Shown piece after piece: positions 41,414 through 51,185 of a stretch of 64,000 nucleotides of DNA (its first letter is position 1; each line of letters begins with the position of its first letter). The DNA is from a phage. The notes beneath the pieces were generated by a model. The model saw nothing but the letters and a program-made list of their open reading frames with translations. It was not told where the DNA came from and did not search any database. The stretch lies in sequence record PX418213.1, one strand, 5' to 3'. The translations under genes and the position numbers were made by a program.

Positions 41414-42805
41414 TTAACCACCTGTTACAGTAATCTGTTTAGTGCCTTTAACTCCGGAACCATCTTTAGCAGTAGCTTCCACAGTTACTGCACCAGTTTT
41501 ACTAGCATTTGCTGTTAGTAACCCTGTTGCATTGATAGTAGCTGCATCACCGGCAGTGATAGCCCAGGTAACATCCTTATTCCTTGCGGAAGAGGGAGTA
41601 ACTTCAACACTCATCTGAAGAGTTTGTCCAGTCCGAACAGAAGTAGCCTCACCGGCAGATTTAACAGTAATTGCAGTTACAGCATCAGTAGCACCATCAC
41701 CATTAACAATCAAGTTATTAATAGTTGTTTTAGTATATTTACTAGAGAAACCTAAGTAACCTTCATCACCAGCATCCAGCTCTGACGGAATAGCCTTAAA
41801 CTCTACTGATGTACCAAGTACATCATCAGTCTCAATCGTAGGGATGTTAACGTGCGCTTGTTTAGCTACCAGAATAGCTGCAGGACGTTCATCCTCATAC
41901 TCGCCACCAAGTACTAGAGCTATTTCGAAGCGGTTAACTACCTTCAGAGTTTTAATAAGATCTTTATACAGTTCCATAGAACCAAGAGATTTATCATTCA
42001 GGTAAGCAGTTAATGAACCAGTTAATTCAAAAGCACCGGTAAAGGAACCAATTGGAATAGTAACACGGGACATTACATTAGGTGTTAAATAAGTAATGTT
42101 GTTGTTAATAGTAAAAGTACCACCGGTAATCGGTATGTCATAAGACTTATTGGTATCCATGTCCTTGATCTTCAAGATCGTTAGTTTGTTCTTAATATAA
42201 GAACCCTGGATAGTCATATAAGTTTCATCATCAATACCTAGCTGATCTGGGTCAAATGGGGCGGAATCCAGAGGAATAAGCTGATTACCATTACCAGACC
42301 AAGTTACACGGCCGATATCTTCGATATCAACGTTAACTTCTGCCTGATTAATCTGACAGGAATCAATATAACTCCATGCTTTATCAGTCAGAATATAAAT
42401 ATGTAACATTGCTAACTCATGATAGGAGTTATCTTTGAAGTTAACCATGAAGTTAGTTGCATTATTGTGCGCCCCTGTATTACCTTCTAAGTTAATAGCT
42501 TTACCACTAGAAAGTGCATGCCATAACATATAGTCAGGAACAATTTGTTTGCTAGTAGTTTTATCTTTATACGGTAGGATGTAAGTAGAGAAACTCCACT
42601 CAGCTGCGTTTAAAGAGTCGTTAAAACGTTTAGAACCACGAGTTGGACGCGGACCAGCTTCATTAACAGTAATATCTGTTGAGTTACTGTCCTGACCCCA
42701 AGAAATATCATCCTGAACTAGAATCTCTTGCGTGTTGGTCTTATTATGACCAGTCTTAACCGTAGACACGAAGATTCGAGTATTACGTAATAGTTGTAAA
42801 GACAT
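41414..42805 (-). CDS. major tail tube protein with C-terminal Ig-like domain
   Basis: 463 aa; C-terminal region TVKSAGEATSVRTGQTLQMSVEVTPSSARNKDVTWAITAGDAATINATGLLTA is typical of Big_2-like Ig domains. Confidence 0.7.
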   Translation of the reverse strand: MSLQLLRNTRIFVSTVKTGHNKTNTQEILVQDDISWGQDSNSTDITVNEAGPRPTRGSKRFNDSLNAAEWSFSTYILPYKDKTTSKQIVPDYMLWHALSSGKAINLEGNTGAHNNATNFMVNFKDNSYHELAMLHIYILTDKAWSYIDSCQINQAEVNVDIEDIGRVTWSGNGNQLIPLDSAPFDPDQLGIDDETYMTIQGSYIKNKLTILKIKDMDTNKSYDIPITGGTFTINNNITYLTPNVMSRVTIPIGSFTGAFELTGSLTAYLNDKSLGSMELYKDLIKTLKVVNRFEIALVLGGEYEDERPAAILVAKQAHVNIPTIETDDVLGTSVEFKAIPSELDAGDEGYLGFSSKYTKTTINNLIVNGDGATDAVTAITVKSAGEATSVRTGQTLQMSVEVTPSSARNKDVTWAITAGDAATINATGLLTANASKTGAVTVEATAKDGSGVKGTKQITVTGG

Positions 42806-42831
42806 TTAATTATTTTCTCCTAATCTGTAAC

Positions 42832-43317
42832 TTATCTGCGAAGTGACCTACGTGGAGGCTGATACCTCACTGTTACATTTATTTCTGCTAAACCATATGG
42901 GGCCAGTAGACCCTCATCTGTACTAACTGATGTAATGATCATATCAGTTGCCTCACATGGGAAGGTCGATCCATTAGGTTTACTAACAGTATATTCTAAA
43001 TTTCCACCTGTGTCAATAACGGTTTTTATATCCGCTACGAGTTTTTCAAGTTGCTCTTGAATGTCTGTTTTCTCTTTATCGTACACTAGGATTGGAAGTT
43101 CTAAAAACATCCACTGTTGGCCTGAAGGAAGATACTGCCCAGTTTCAGTTCCGATATGAACTGCCACATAAGGAAACTCTCGTATTTCCTCAAATTTATA
43201 AGTTTGACGAGAAACGTTTCCATATAGGTTATTAAAATATTCGTCAGGTTGAGAGCCATCCAGCTGTTTAGATATACGGTCAACCAGAGCTTGTGCAATA
43301 CTTGTTCTATGATCCAT
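42832..43317 (-). CDS. tail terminator protein (161 aa)
   Basis: Position immediately upstream of the tail tube gene; length. Confidence 0.45.
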   Translation of the reverse strand: MDHRTSIAQALVDRISKQLDGSQPDEYFNNLYGNVSRQTYKFEEIREFPYVAVHIGTETGQYLPSGQQWMFLELPILVYDKEKTDIQEQLEKLVADIKTVIDTGGNLEYTVSKPNGSTFPCEATDMIITSVSTDEGLLAPYGLAEINVTVRYQPPRRSLRR

Positions 43318-43320
43318 TTA

Positions 43321-44088
43321 TTATGTTCCTTGATTAACCTTGATTTTATATCTAGAGTGAATCAGGTCTCTTGCAGCTTTTGCTATAGCCTCACCAATAA
43401 GTTTTTGGGGGTTTCTAGCACCAGGATAAGGTCGTAGAGATAGTCTCCTGTAGGTAGATACTGCAGGGTTGAACACAGAATATGGACGAGTCATATAATT
43501 ATATGTTACGTTCAATTCAGGAGAGCCTTTACTAGTCTCTGCATCTCTAAGCATAACATCCTTAATTTTCAGAGAATTTGCAAAGCGACCGGTTCTAAAT
43601 TTTAATGGCGCTCCTGTCTTTTTCATATCCTTTATTAAGTACTCTTTAGCAACTATCTCTAATATAACCTTCATATTGCTATTAGACACAAAACGTCCAG
43701 AAGCACCTGTTACTGCACCAGAGTATCCATCTTCAACATCACTAGGATCACCAAAGTTTACCTCTACTCTGCCTGTAGAACGTTTTTTACCTACTGAGGA
43801 TTTTTTACCAGCAGTTGCTTGTATTAGATTCTCCAGAGCACCTAAATCTCCAGAAAGATCTAAACTAGAGGATACAGCTTTTAGTATAGAGGCTGTTCTA
43901 ACATCAAGAAGATTTTGGGATACAGGTTTTGAAAACTTAAAAGATACTTGAGCAACAGTACCATCTCTGGTAGGATCTTTTAGCCCTGTTTCAACAGAGT
44001 ACACAACAGTATTCTTATTATTTTCAGATCGTCCTGCAGTATCTAGCTGCTCTTTAATAATTTGTTTAGCTAGATCGGAAAGAGACAT
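43321..44088 (-). CDS. head-tail connector / tail completion protein (255 aa)
   Basis: Position only. Confidence 0.35.
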   Translation of the reverse strand: MSLSDLAKQIIKEQLDTAGRSENNKNTVVYSVETGLKDPTRDGTVAQVSFKFSKPVSQNLLDVRTASILKAVSSSLDLSGDLGALENLIQATAGKKSSVGKKRSTGRVEVNFGDPSDVEDGYSGAVTGASGRFVSNSNMKVILEIVAKEYLIKDMKKTGAPLKFRTGRFANSLKIKDVMLRDAETSKGSPELNVTYNYMTRPYSVFNPAVSTYRRLSLRPYPGARNPQKLIGEAIAKAARDLIHSRYKIKVNQGT

Positions 44089-44600
44089 TATACTCTCCTA
44101 TATACTTCAATAATAGTACGAATATGCTCTGGGATACCAGACTTAGTGCTATTGAAGGTTACTGTTTCACCACCAATTGTTTTAGCTTGGCGGTAATCTT
44201 GTTTGTGCCAATGATCTACTAGCATACACGCTGCAAGTTTGAGATCTTCAGGTATTGGATTAAACCCACCTTGTGTATATGCTACATCCATATAACCTTC
44301 TGGAGGATTAAATTTGAGAAGGATAATACCGTCAGAGTATAGCTTATACTGCTCTGGGTCAATCTCATTATCGTTAATCGTCACTTTAGTTACGGAGGTA
44401 GCAGATGGTGAACTCAGAAAATATTTCCTACGTGTAGGTTTTGTATTGATTAACTGGTCTACCGCATCAGCATCATCCATGCCTAGAAGGCTCGTAATCA
44501 GCGCATTGGCAGCAGTAATCATCATTTCTACACCAGATTCTAATTCAGGTCGTTTTAACCCACCATATAATCTATAATCTTCGGCTGTGATGATTTGCAT
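44088..44600 (-). CDS. head completion (connector) protein (170 aa)
   Basis: Position directly after the capsid gene and its terminator. Confidence 0.4.
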   Translation of the reverse strand: MQIITAEDYRLYGGLKRPELESGVEMMITAANALITSLLGMDDADAVDQLINTKPTRRKYFLSSPSATSVTKVTINDNEIDPEQYKLYSDGIILLKFNPPEGYMDVAYTQGGFNPIPEDLKLAACMLVDHWHKQDYRQAKTIGGETVTFNSTKSGIPEHIRTIIEVYRRV

Positions 44601-44610
44601 TTATTTTCCC

Positions 44611-44638
44611 AATAAAAAAGGAGAGCCGAAGCTCTCCT
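44611..44638 (-). terminator. intrinsic terminator after the major capsid gene
   Basis: Stem aggagagc / gctctcct, loop cgaa, followed on the minus strand by TTTTTTATTGGGAAAA. Confidence 0.6.
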
Positions 44639-44658
44639 TATCGGCTGAAAAGCCTGTA

Positions 44659-45351
44659 TTAAACGGCAGCGTAAGCACCAGATACAACGCCATTATTAAA
44701 GTAACGTTGCAGGTTAACACGCTGAGTAACGTAGTATGCATCACGCTGTTTACCAGCTTGGCGCTCACGTTCAACAGTAACAGCACGCTGACGTGGCATT
44801 ACGAAGTTATCTTTATAAACAATAACTGCGAACTCTTTATCAGCCGCTTTAGCTGGGAAGTACTCAGAAACTACAACCGGCAGACCGTAAATACGACCAA
44901 CTTGACCTTGCAGTTTAACAGCATCATTACCAACCTGGGAAACATCCTGCCATTCTTCATCTTCCAGCAGATCGTAGTAAGCATCCATAGATACAATCAG
45001 TACCAGTTTGCTCAGCTTCAGGCCATGACGGCCCAGTTTACGACGCAGTTTAGAGATAGTTTTAGCAGTTACCATAACAGAACCATCAGCTTTAGCTTCG
45101 GTAGTAACTTTAGCACTATCTTCACTAGCAAGAGTCAGCAGACCTTTCGGTTTACCAGAACCATCACCAGTCATGAAAGCTTCTTCGATAGAAACAGCAT
45201 GTGCTTCAATCAGACGCTTACGCAGCAGCGGCAGCAGGGAGAAGATTGCATCTTCTTCAGTTTCATCAGTAATAAAGGACTTAGCAGCCAGTTTGTAGGT
45301 CTTAAACGTCACGAATGATACGCTGAGAGAAGATAGTTTCATAGCTTTCAC
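44659..45351 (-). CDS. major capsid protein (HK97 fold), downstream reading-frame segment
   Basis: MCP-like C-terminal sequence GLPVVVSEYF; begins in a different frame from the upstream delta-domain ORF. Confidence 0.55.
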   Translation of the reverse strand: MKAMKLSSLSVSFVTFKTYKLAAKSFITDETEEDAIFSLLPLLRKRLIEAHAVSIEEAFMTGDGSGKPKGLLTLASEDSAKVTTEAKADGSVMVTAKTISKLRRKLGRHGLKLSKLVLIVSMDAYYDLLEDEEWQDVSQVGNDAVKLQGQVGRIYGLPVVVSEYFPAKAADKEFAVIVYKDNFVMPRQRAVTVERERQAGKQRDAYYVTQRVNLQRYFNNGVVSGAYAAV

Positions 45352-45862
45352 TAGAAACTTCTACAGAAGAAGACTGATTCACTGCTTTAAGGTGATTCTG
45401 ACCATGTTCAGTTTCGAATACGCCTTTTTCCATTACATAGGACAACAGAACCAGTTTTTCTACTTCGTCTTCAAAGTTTTCCTGAGTACCGTACAGTGCT
45501 TTAGCAACACTATCACCAACGAAGGAACGACCTTCACGAGCTGTTAGCAGAGATTTGATTTCGTCCTGAAGACCAACAATAGTTTCCTGCTGTTTTTCTA
45601 CGGTTTGTGCAAACAGTTCTGCACTCTTCTTAGATTTCTCATCCAGCGACTTAACCAGTTCCAGAGCCTCTTCCAGACGCTTACGATCTTCGCCAACTGC
45701 TTTAGAAACCAGGTCATTCATACGAGCCAGTTCTTTTTCTTCCTGCTCTTTACGCATACGTTCAGCTTCCTGAGCTTTCTGAGCAGCGGTCAGACCTTCC
45801 AGAGATTTAGCCAGATCACCCAGACCAAGTTCTTCTTTCAGCTTATTAATATCAATAGTCAT
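45302..45862 (-). CDS. major capsid protein precursor, N-terminal scaffolding (delta) domain segment
   Basis: Coiled-coil-rich 186 aa ORF directly after the protease gene; ends at TAA 45302 in a frame offset by one from the downstream MCP segment. Confidence 0.5.
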   Translation of the reverse strand: MTIDINKLKEELGLGDLAKSLEGLTAAQKAQEAERMRKEQEEKELARMNDLVSKAVGEDRKRLEEALELVKSLDEKSKKSAELFAQTVEKQQETIVGLQDEIKSLLTAREGRSFVGDSVAKALYGTQENFEDEVEKLVLLSYVMEKGVFETEHGQNHLKAVNQSSSVEVSSESYETIFSQRIIRDV

Positions 45863-45879
45863 TTTTAAATAATTCTCCG

Positions 45880-46512
45880 TTATTCTTTAACGTAGCCTAA
45901 AGCTATCGCAAGTTTTTCTAGTTCAGAAAGATTACGTTCTTGAGCTGGGACAGCCTTAGAACTTATTGCAGTAAAAGATTTACGCCATTCAGTATAATCA
46001 TGACCATTCATGCTCTTAGCGAGATTGAACGTTGAGTCCTGATTACAAGGTACAGAAACTACCGAAACTTCGTATAGTTCTAAATCTTTAATAATAAATA
46101 TATCAGTAGCTTCATCCCACTCTGCATCTAGGCAGCGGAATCCGATACTAAAAGTTTTCAGTACACCGTTTTTAATTAGTGAAAAGATAGCAGGATCAGA
46201 ACTTTCATAGATCTCGCATTCGATTTCGAGACCCATTTCAGTAGGGTTAAGATCAATACACTTGCCGATTGGACGACGATGGTCGTGTCCGAAAAGAATA
46301 ATAGGGTTTTTCATGTAGTTAGCGAGTGCATTAGATGTTTTCCATGCGGAGGCAGGAATTACATCACCAGCGCGATCTTTACTAATTGTATTAGCGAATC
46401 CGCGGATTTTTACAACACCTTCTTTGGATTCGCTATCAATAGATTTAATATAAGCATCTAAATGAACCGGTGCTGATTTTAACTTGTTATAGTCAATAGC
46501 AGCTTGTGTCAT
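45880..46512 (-). CDS. prohead maturation protease
   Basis: 210 aa; between decoration and capsid genes; GFANTISKDRAGDVI region is protease-like. Confidence 0.65.
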   Translation of the reverse strand: MTQAAIDYNKLKSAPVHLDAYIKSIDSESKEGVVKIRGFANTISKDRAGDVIPASAWKTSNALANYMKNPIILFGHDHRRPIGKCIDLNPTEMGLEIECEIYESSDPAIFSLIKNGVLKTFSIGFRCLDAEWDEATDIFIIKDLELYEVSVVSVPCNQDSTFNLAKSMNGHDYTEWRKSFTAISSKAVPAQERNLSELEKLAIALGYVKE

Positions 46513-46515
46513 TTA

Positions 46516-47007
46516 TTAGCCTCCAACACCTGGATTAACCGTTACTGTACATGCAGTAGAAGGTTTACTAACTTTCTTGCTATCTGTAACCGTTACTTTA
46601 TAGACTCCAGAATCATCAGTAGCTGCTGCAGGCTTAGTATAGGTAGCTCCTGAAGCCTCTGGAATAGGAGAACCATCTTTAGTCCATGCATAAGTATATG
46701 GACCAGTACCACCGGTTGCAGTAACAGAAAGTGTTAATGCTGCTCCCTCTTCAACTGACATGCTAGCAGTTAAATCTTTAGAAAGAGTTAATGGTGGGGC
46801 CGGTGGAGCAGAAGGAACTGCTTTACCATATGCCTCTACAAATTTCTTCCATACTTTGCGGTTAGTATGCGCAGATGAAAGTCCTAGTTCTCTACGCAGA
46901 AAAGCATAGCTAGGAACATATTTATGCGCAGCAACCGTAGCAAAGAAGATATGAGATTCTGGTAGTTTTTCACCAAAAATGGTCTTTAGACCACTATAAT
47001 CAATCAT
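46516..47007 (-). CDS. capsid decoration protein with C-terminal Ig-like domain
   Basis: 163 aa; C-terminal LTLSVTATGGTGPYTYAWTKDGSPIPEASGATYTK is Ig-like. Confidence 0.6.
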   Translation of the reverse strand: MIDYSGLKTIFGEKLPESHIFFATVAAHKYVPSYAFLRRELGLSSAHTNRKVWKKFVEAYGKAVPSAPPAPPLTLSKDLTASMSVEEGAALTLSVTATGGTGPYTYAWTKDGSPIPEASGATYTKPAAATDDSGVYKVTVTDSKKVSKPSTACTVTVNPGVGG

Positions 47008-48104
47008 TCTTTATCTCCCTCGGTGGAACCTTGAGGTCTACCACCTTCTTGACCGGATACGCCTGTTGCAGAACCAGCGACGTTAGCAGGAATACGAATC
47101 TTATTCATCTGCTCATCATCTAAAGGCTCAAGGTTCAGCTCTAAACGAGCTTCGTTACCAGTTATAATACCATTATTAACCAATGAGGTTAAATGTTTAG
47201 CCTCAGATTCTTTATCTGGTGTTAATGCAGCTACTTCCTTAGTATTAGGAGTAATCTTATAACCAAAAAAGAAAGTAAGAGAACTAGTCAGCTTGTTCAG
47301 CATAGGAATGATAGTCATGTAATAGAACAGTTCGATATTTGGTCGAATGTTCGCATTATTACCACCATCAAGTAGCACTTGCGGAACACCAAAGGCTAGA
47401 CAGATGGATTTATTAAATCCTTCAATGTCTTCCTTAAAGTCTATCAGGACAGAAGACTGACCCGTACTAGGATTATAATCGAGTTGTAATTCTTCTTGTT
47501 TACGCTCACGCAATTTCTTGTTCAGGATTTCATCCGTCTCAAGAATAAGACCAATCACGGTTCCGTTATCGAGGAATTTCTCTTTAAAGTTGAGCATCTT
47601 GGAACGCTTCTCAAGAGAATCAATAACAGTAGCAACACGAGATTGTCCAGAAATTTGAGAATTTGTGCCACACACGTAACTGTTATCCTTTATAAAGATA
47701 ATCTCATCTACGCGATAGTCTATCTGATTATTAAATATAAATTTTTTGATAAACTTATTGGCATCTGCCTCTACTTGCATTAGTGCAGCAGGGACATGGT
47801 AAAGTGCTGTGCCATCCCAATAGATGTATGCACAACCTTCAAAAAGTAGGTCAGTGACTACAAGTCTACGGAATGTGCTTATATCCATGAATGGATTAGG
47901 TCGTACATTTAAGAGAGTAGTATAAGAACACTCCGCCGCACTATCTATAACCATATTAGCAGTTCTATTGAGAATCTCAATTTTACTGTAGGCTTGTCCA
48001 GTGGTAAAAGGCTTACGGTTAGTGCGATGACTAACTGGTTCCATGTCTCTTATAATACGTTGACCCGGATTTAGCTTTTCAGTAATCCAGCTTTTAAAAC
48101 CCAT
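47004..48104 (-). CDS. portal protein
   Basis: Position upstream of the protease; ICLAFGVPQVLLDGG resembles the conserved portal core. Confidence 0.55.
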   Translation of the reverse strand: MGFKSWITEKLNPGQRIIRDMEPVSHRTNRKPFTTGQAYSKIEILNRTANMVIDSAAECSYTTLLNVRPNPFMDISTFRRLVVTDLLFEGCAYIYWDGTALYHVPAALMQVEADANKFIKKFIFNNQIDYRVDEIIFIKDNSYVCGTNSQISGQSRVATVIDSLEKRSKMLNFKEKFLDNGTVIGLILETDEILNKKLRERKQEELQLDYNPSTGQSSVLIDFKEDIEGFNKSICLAFGVPQVLLDGGNNANIRPNIELFYYMTIIPMLNKLTSSLTFFFGYKITPNTKEVAALTPDKESEAKHLTSLVNNGIITGNEARLELNLEPLDDEQMNKIRIPANVAGSATGVSGQEGGRPQGSTEGDKE

Positions 48105-48556
48105 TATAAGAACCTTGCGAATCCTGATTTTGTTTCAGTCTTGACTTGTGTCTTTTCTTGAGGATTCTGTAATTTGTCTTTCTGCTTTTGAACCCACACT
48201 TTTTGCTTATTAGCAGAAAATAAAGGAGGTTCTTTTGTATAAACCTTATGTAATAATTGGTGGTGATGCTGGCAGAGTGTTACTACTTCTTCAATTAGCT
48301 CTCGCTCATATTGCTTATAGAATGCTTCCCTATTAGATAGGGTAATCTCCTCATCAGTGAAATCTAATTGATTTTCTTTAGCGAATTTTTTAACTAATTG
48401 AGAAATAGTAAAATAATGATGTAACTCTAGGTCATCATTACTACCACAGATTGCACAGCAATCACCCCTCCTATACCTAGATTTAATGCCGTCACGCATA
48501 ATCGATATGGCGTCACGTTTGAATTTTACATTGGTGGCCATGTTCCTCCAATCCAA
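48104..48556 (-). CDS. HNH endonuclease
   Basis: CCAICGS...LELHH...LCQHHHQLLH zinc-binding HNH signature. Confidence 0.65.
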   Translation of the reverse strand: MDWRNMATNVKFKRDAISIMRDGIKSRYRRGDCCAICGSNDDLELHHYFTISQLVKKFAKENQLDFTDEEITLSNREAFYKQYERELIEEVVTLCQHHHQLLHKVYTKEPPLFSANKQKVWVQKQKDKLQNPQEKTQVKTETKSGFARFL

Positions 48557-49205
48557 AGTTACTTAGAAAGACTACTATATCCTCTGGAGCAACATTAAAA
48601 AATTCTGTGCTTCCTGTAAATTTTGAAAACCCACAGTTTTTATTATAGTACTCTCTATGGACTTCTTTTTCTAAATCTAGAGCAGTTTCTCTATCAGGTA
48701 GATGATATGTGGTAAACAAGTATAAATCTGAAAATCCAGACTCTCTTTTAACCTCGTTCAACCGCTTCTCGGGGTATAAACTTATACCTACTTTAGTACC
48801 CATAGAGGAGGACATGATATAGAGAAACCCGCCATTATCCCATTTAAGGGAGCAATAAGGACATCTTCTACCCTGCGTCAACCCATCTAAGGCAATATAG
48901 CATTCATGACCATTGTTACAGCGTAGATGCAGTTTTGTTTTTGCATTAGTATAGTTATTTAATAGTGTATACCCTATACTGGATACCCTATTATTAACTT
49001 CATCTAGCGATATATTATTAGGAGCGCAATGTGGGCAACTCCTTCCCATATGAAGTATAGAATGCGGCGTTGCTTCCCAAACGTGTGCTCTTTGGCACAT
49101 AAATAATGTTTTTGTACGTTGGTTTACATATTCACCGACAATTCGGATTCCACGATCAGCTAATCTAGTATTTATATCTTTTATTGTTAGCTTTTGTCGA
49201 CCCAT
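48513..49205 (-). CDS. GIY-YIG-like nuclease (possibly T5orf172 family) with duplicated N-terminal zinc-ribbon motifs
   Basis: Two repeats of the (I/Y)xLxxxYxNxxTKxxxxC...H...CPxC(A/S) pattern, then GFLYIMSS...KVGIS resembling GIY...YIG. Confidence 0.4.
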   Translation of the reverse strand: MGRQKLTIKDINTRLADRGIRIVGEYVNQRTKTLFMCQRAHVWEATPHSILHMGRSCPHCAPNNISLDEVNNRVSSIGYTLLNNYTNAKTKLHLRCNNGHECYIALDGLTQGRRCPYCSLKWDNGGFLYIMSSSMGTKVGISLYPEKRLNEVKRESGFSDLYLFTTYHLPDRETALDLEKEVHREYYNKNCGFSKFTGSTEFFNVAPEDIVVFLSNFGLEEHGHQCKIQT

Positions 49206-49376
49206 AGAATCTCCTACACCCCATGTAGAGCACTAATTTTTCTTGTTTACGTTCTATTATGGGAGAAGTTCTCCCGATCAATGAATATAGTATACATAAT
49301 CGTATCGAATTTGTAAAGGGGATTTTAAAATGCAGGAATGGGATACCAACTGAGTAGTATCCCATCCTATACTTAT

Positions 49377-50693
49377 TTATTTACCACGGGAAATAGAGTA
49401 AATTCCATAGCGCAGCGCATCACAAAGGTGAGAGTTAGCATCATGACGTGGTTTTTCACGTGATAATTTTTCCTCACCTTCTTGGAAATCCCACTTATAG
49501 TTCTGCAATGCATGGATTAATGAGGAACATGAAGCATCTACAATAATCTTACCCTGCTGGAATAGTGCTTGTAAACATGCTAGACCATCTAGGACAGATT
49601 TCTTAGCAGGAGCTGATGCAATTTCATGTTCATACGCTAAATCCTGACGGAACTGGGCAGCCGCGGAGTCAACGAAGATACGATCTACGTTATAACGATC
49701 TATACAGTGCTGAATATACGCAGCATGCTGAGCTGTGGTTTTCTCCGCCTGCTGATACTCTTCTAATACATAGTAAGTATCCGTATCGTAATGATATTTA
49801 ATAGTAAGAACTGCTGTAGGATCACGATAACCAACGTCAATACCGAGCAACGTTTCGAAGGCTTCATCATCTTTAAAGAAGTGACGCATACCTTTAAGGT
49901 CTTTAACATGATCGATAGCATTAAAGGTGTCAAAGATCTGACCTTCGAATACAGAGAAGTCAGCCTCGTATTCTTGGCGGAAGTAGTTTTTACTAACAGT
50001 ACGACGTGCTTCCTCAATGTCATTCAGGTCAGCACGTGGATTATCACGATATGTACCATGAATAGACACCCAGTTAGGCAACGTATCATCAAACCCATAG
50101 GCATAAAACTCTTTAAACCAGTTACCACCACGAGGAGTAGAGATAAACAGAGCCTTAGAATTAGGTTTATCTAGAGTAGGACGCAACTGAACCCTGAAGG
50201 CATCACCACCTACATCAGAAATTGCAGCCTCATCAAAGATGATAAAATCATATGAACGTCCAACTGCGGAGTCAGCCTGAGCCGCAGAAGCTAGTTTAAA
50301 TAAAGAACCATTAGCTAACTCAATCTCCTTATCTTTAGCGTTCTCACGTTCGGTTTGTAGGCCGTACTTTTTAATAAGACCACGAATCTGAGACCATCCG
50401 ATATTGGCCAGTGAGTAGTTAGGGGCAACTACTAGCACTTTCACATTAGGTTCAAGCAACTTTAGGAACCCAAGTGTATATGCGATGAAGGACTTGCCCA
50501 CACGGCGTGATACACACGCCGTTACAAAACGATGTCTAGGATCTTCTAGCGCATTGATAATTGCTATTTGAGGACCATTAGGTGTAATACCTTCTTGCGC
50601 CAATATTCCAGAAACAGGTAGACGAAAGAAACGTTTATCTATCCCGAAATCAATAACATCTACCGTATTAACGTAGGGTCTTGATACTTCCAT
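49377..50693 (-). CDS. terminase large subunit
   Basis: Walker A CVSRRVGKS, Walker B-like FIIFDEAA, C-terminal nuclease region; 438 aa. Confidence 0.8.
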   Translation of the reverse strand: MEVSRPYVNTVDVIDFGIDKRFFRLPVSGILAQEGITPNGPQIAIINALEDPRHRFVTACVSRRVGKSFIAYTLGFLKLLEPNVKVLVVAPNYSLANIGWSQIRGLIKKYGLQTERENAKDKEIELANGSLFKLASAAQADSAVGRSYDFIIFDEAAISDVGGDAFRVQLRPTLDKPNSKALFISTPRGGNWFKEFYAYGFDDTLPNWVSIHGTYRDNPRADLNDIEEARRTVSKNYFRQEYEADFSVFEGQIFDTFNAIDHVKDLKGMRHFFKDDEAFETLLGIDVGYRDPTAVLTIKYHYDTDTYYVLEEYQQAEKTTAQHAAYIQHCIDRYNVDRIFVDSAAAQFRQDLAYEHEIASAPAKKSVLDGLACLQALFQQGKIIVDASCSSLIHALQNYKWDFQEGEEKLSREKPRHDANSHLCDALRYGIYSISRGK

Positions 50694-51175
50694 TACTTCT
50701 TACCTCCAGTAGCTAGGGAAGTAATTAAGTCCATGTAGTTTTGATCCCCAGCTCCAGCAATAATATTATTCTGGATGTTGGTCTGGTTAGCTGGAGTACG
50801 GGCTGCTGCCTTCACTTTCTCCAACTCTACCATCATTTTCATCTCTTCCATCTTCATCTTGTGTGCCTTCCAGAGGATATCCATAATATCTTGGTCAGAA
50901 CCCATTCCAGTTTCTTCCAGTTCCTCCAGCTTACGTTTAATAACTTCATCTAGAACACCGAACAAACGATCTCTGTTACGGAAACCACTCTCCATAAAAA
51001 TATCGTTTAAGTAGTTCTTAACTTCACTACGATTCATAATATCTCGGAAAGCAATCTCGGACATTCCAAGACTACGTGCGGCAGAAGGCACATCGCTGCC
51101 ACACTGTAAATAAGCTTCAATCACATCCATCCCTTCAGGGGACATAAGATCTGGTACTAATACATCATTTGCCAT
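50693..51175 (-). CDS. putative terminase small subunit / DNA-binding protein
   Basis: Immediately upstream of the large subunit with overlapping stop/start; HTH-like [17 protein letters not shown]. Confidence 0.35.
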
Positions 51176-51185
51176 ATTTCCTCCT

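Noticed and set aside
44587-45318. 243-aa plus-strand ORF antisense to the capsid gene
   Set aside because: Lies entirely opposite a well-supported structural gene, with low-complexity translation and no ribosome-binding site; most likely a spurious antisense frame.
49165-49365. 66-aa minus-strand ORF between terminase and the GIY-YIG-like gene
   Set aside because: Sits in an intergenic region likely holding regulatory signals; no ribosome-binding site and an odd composition.
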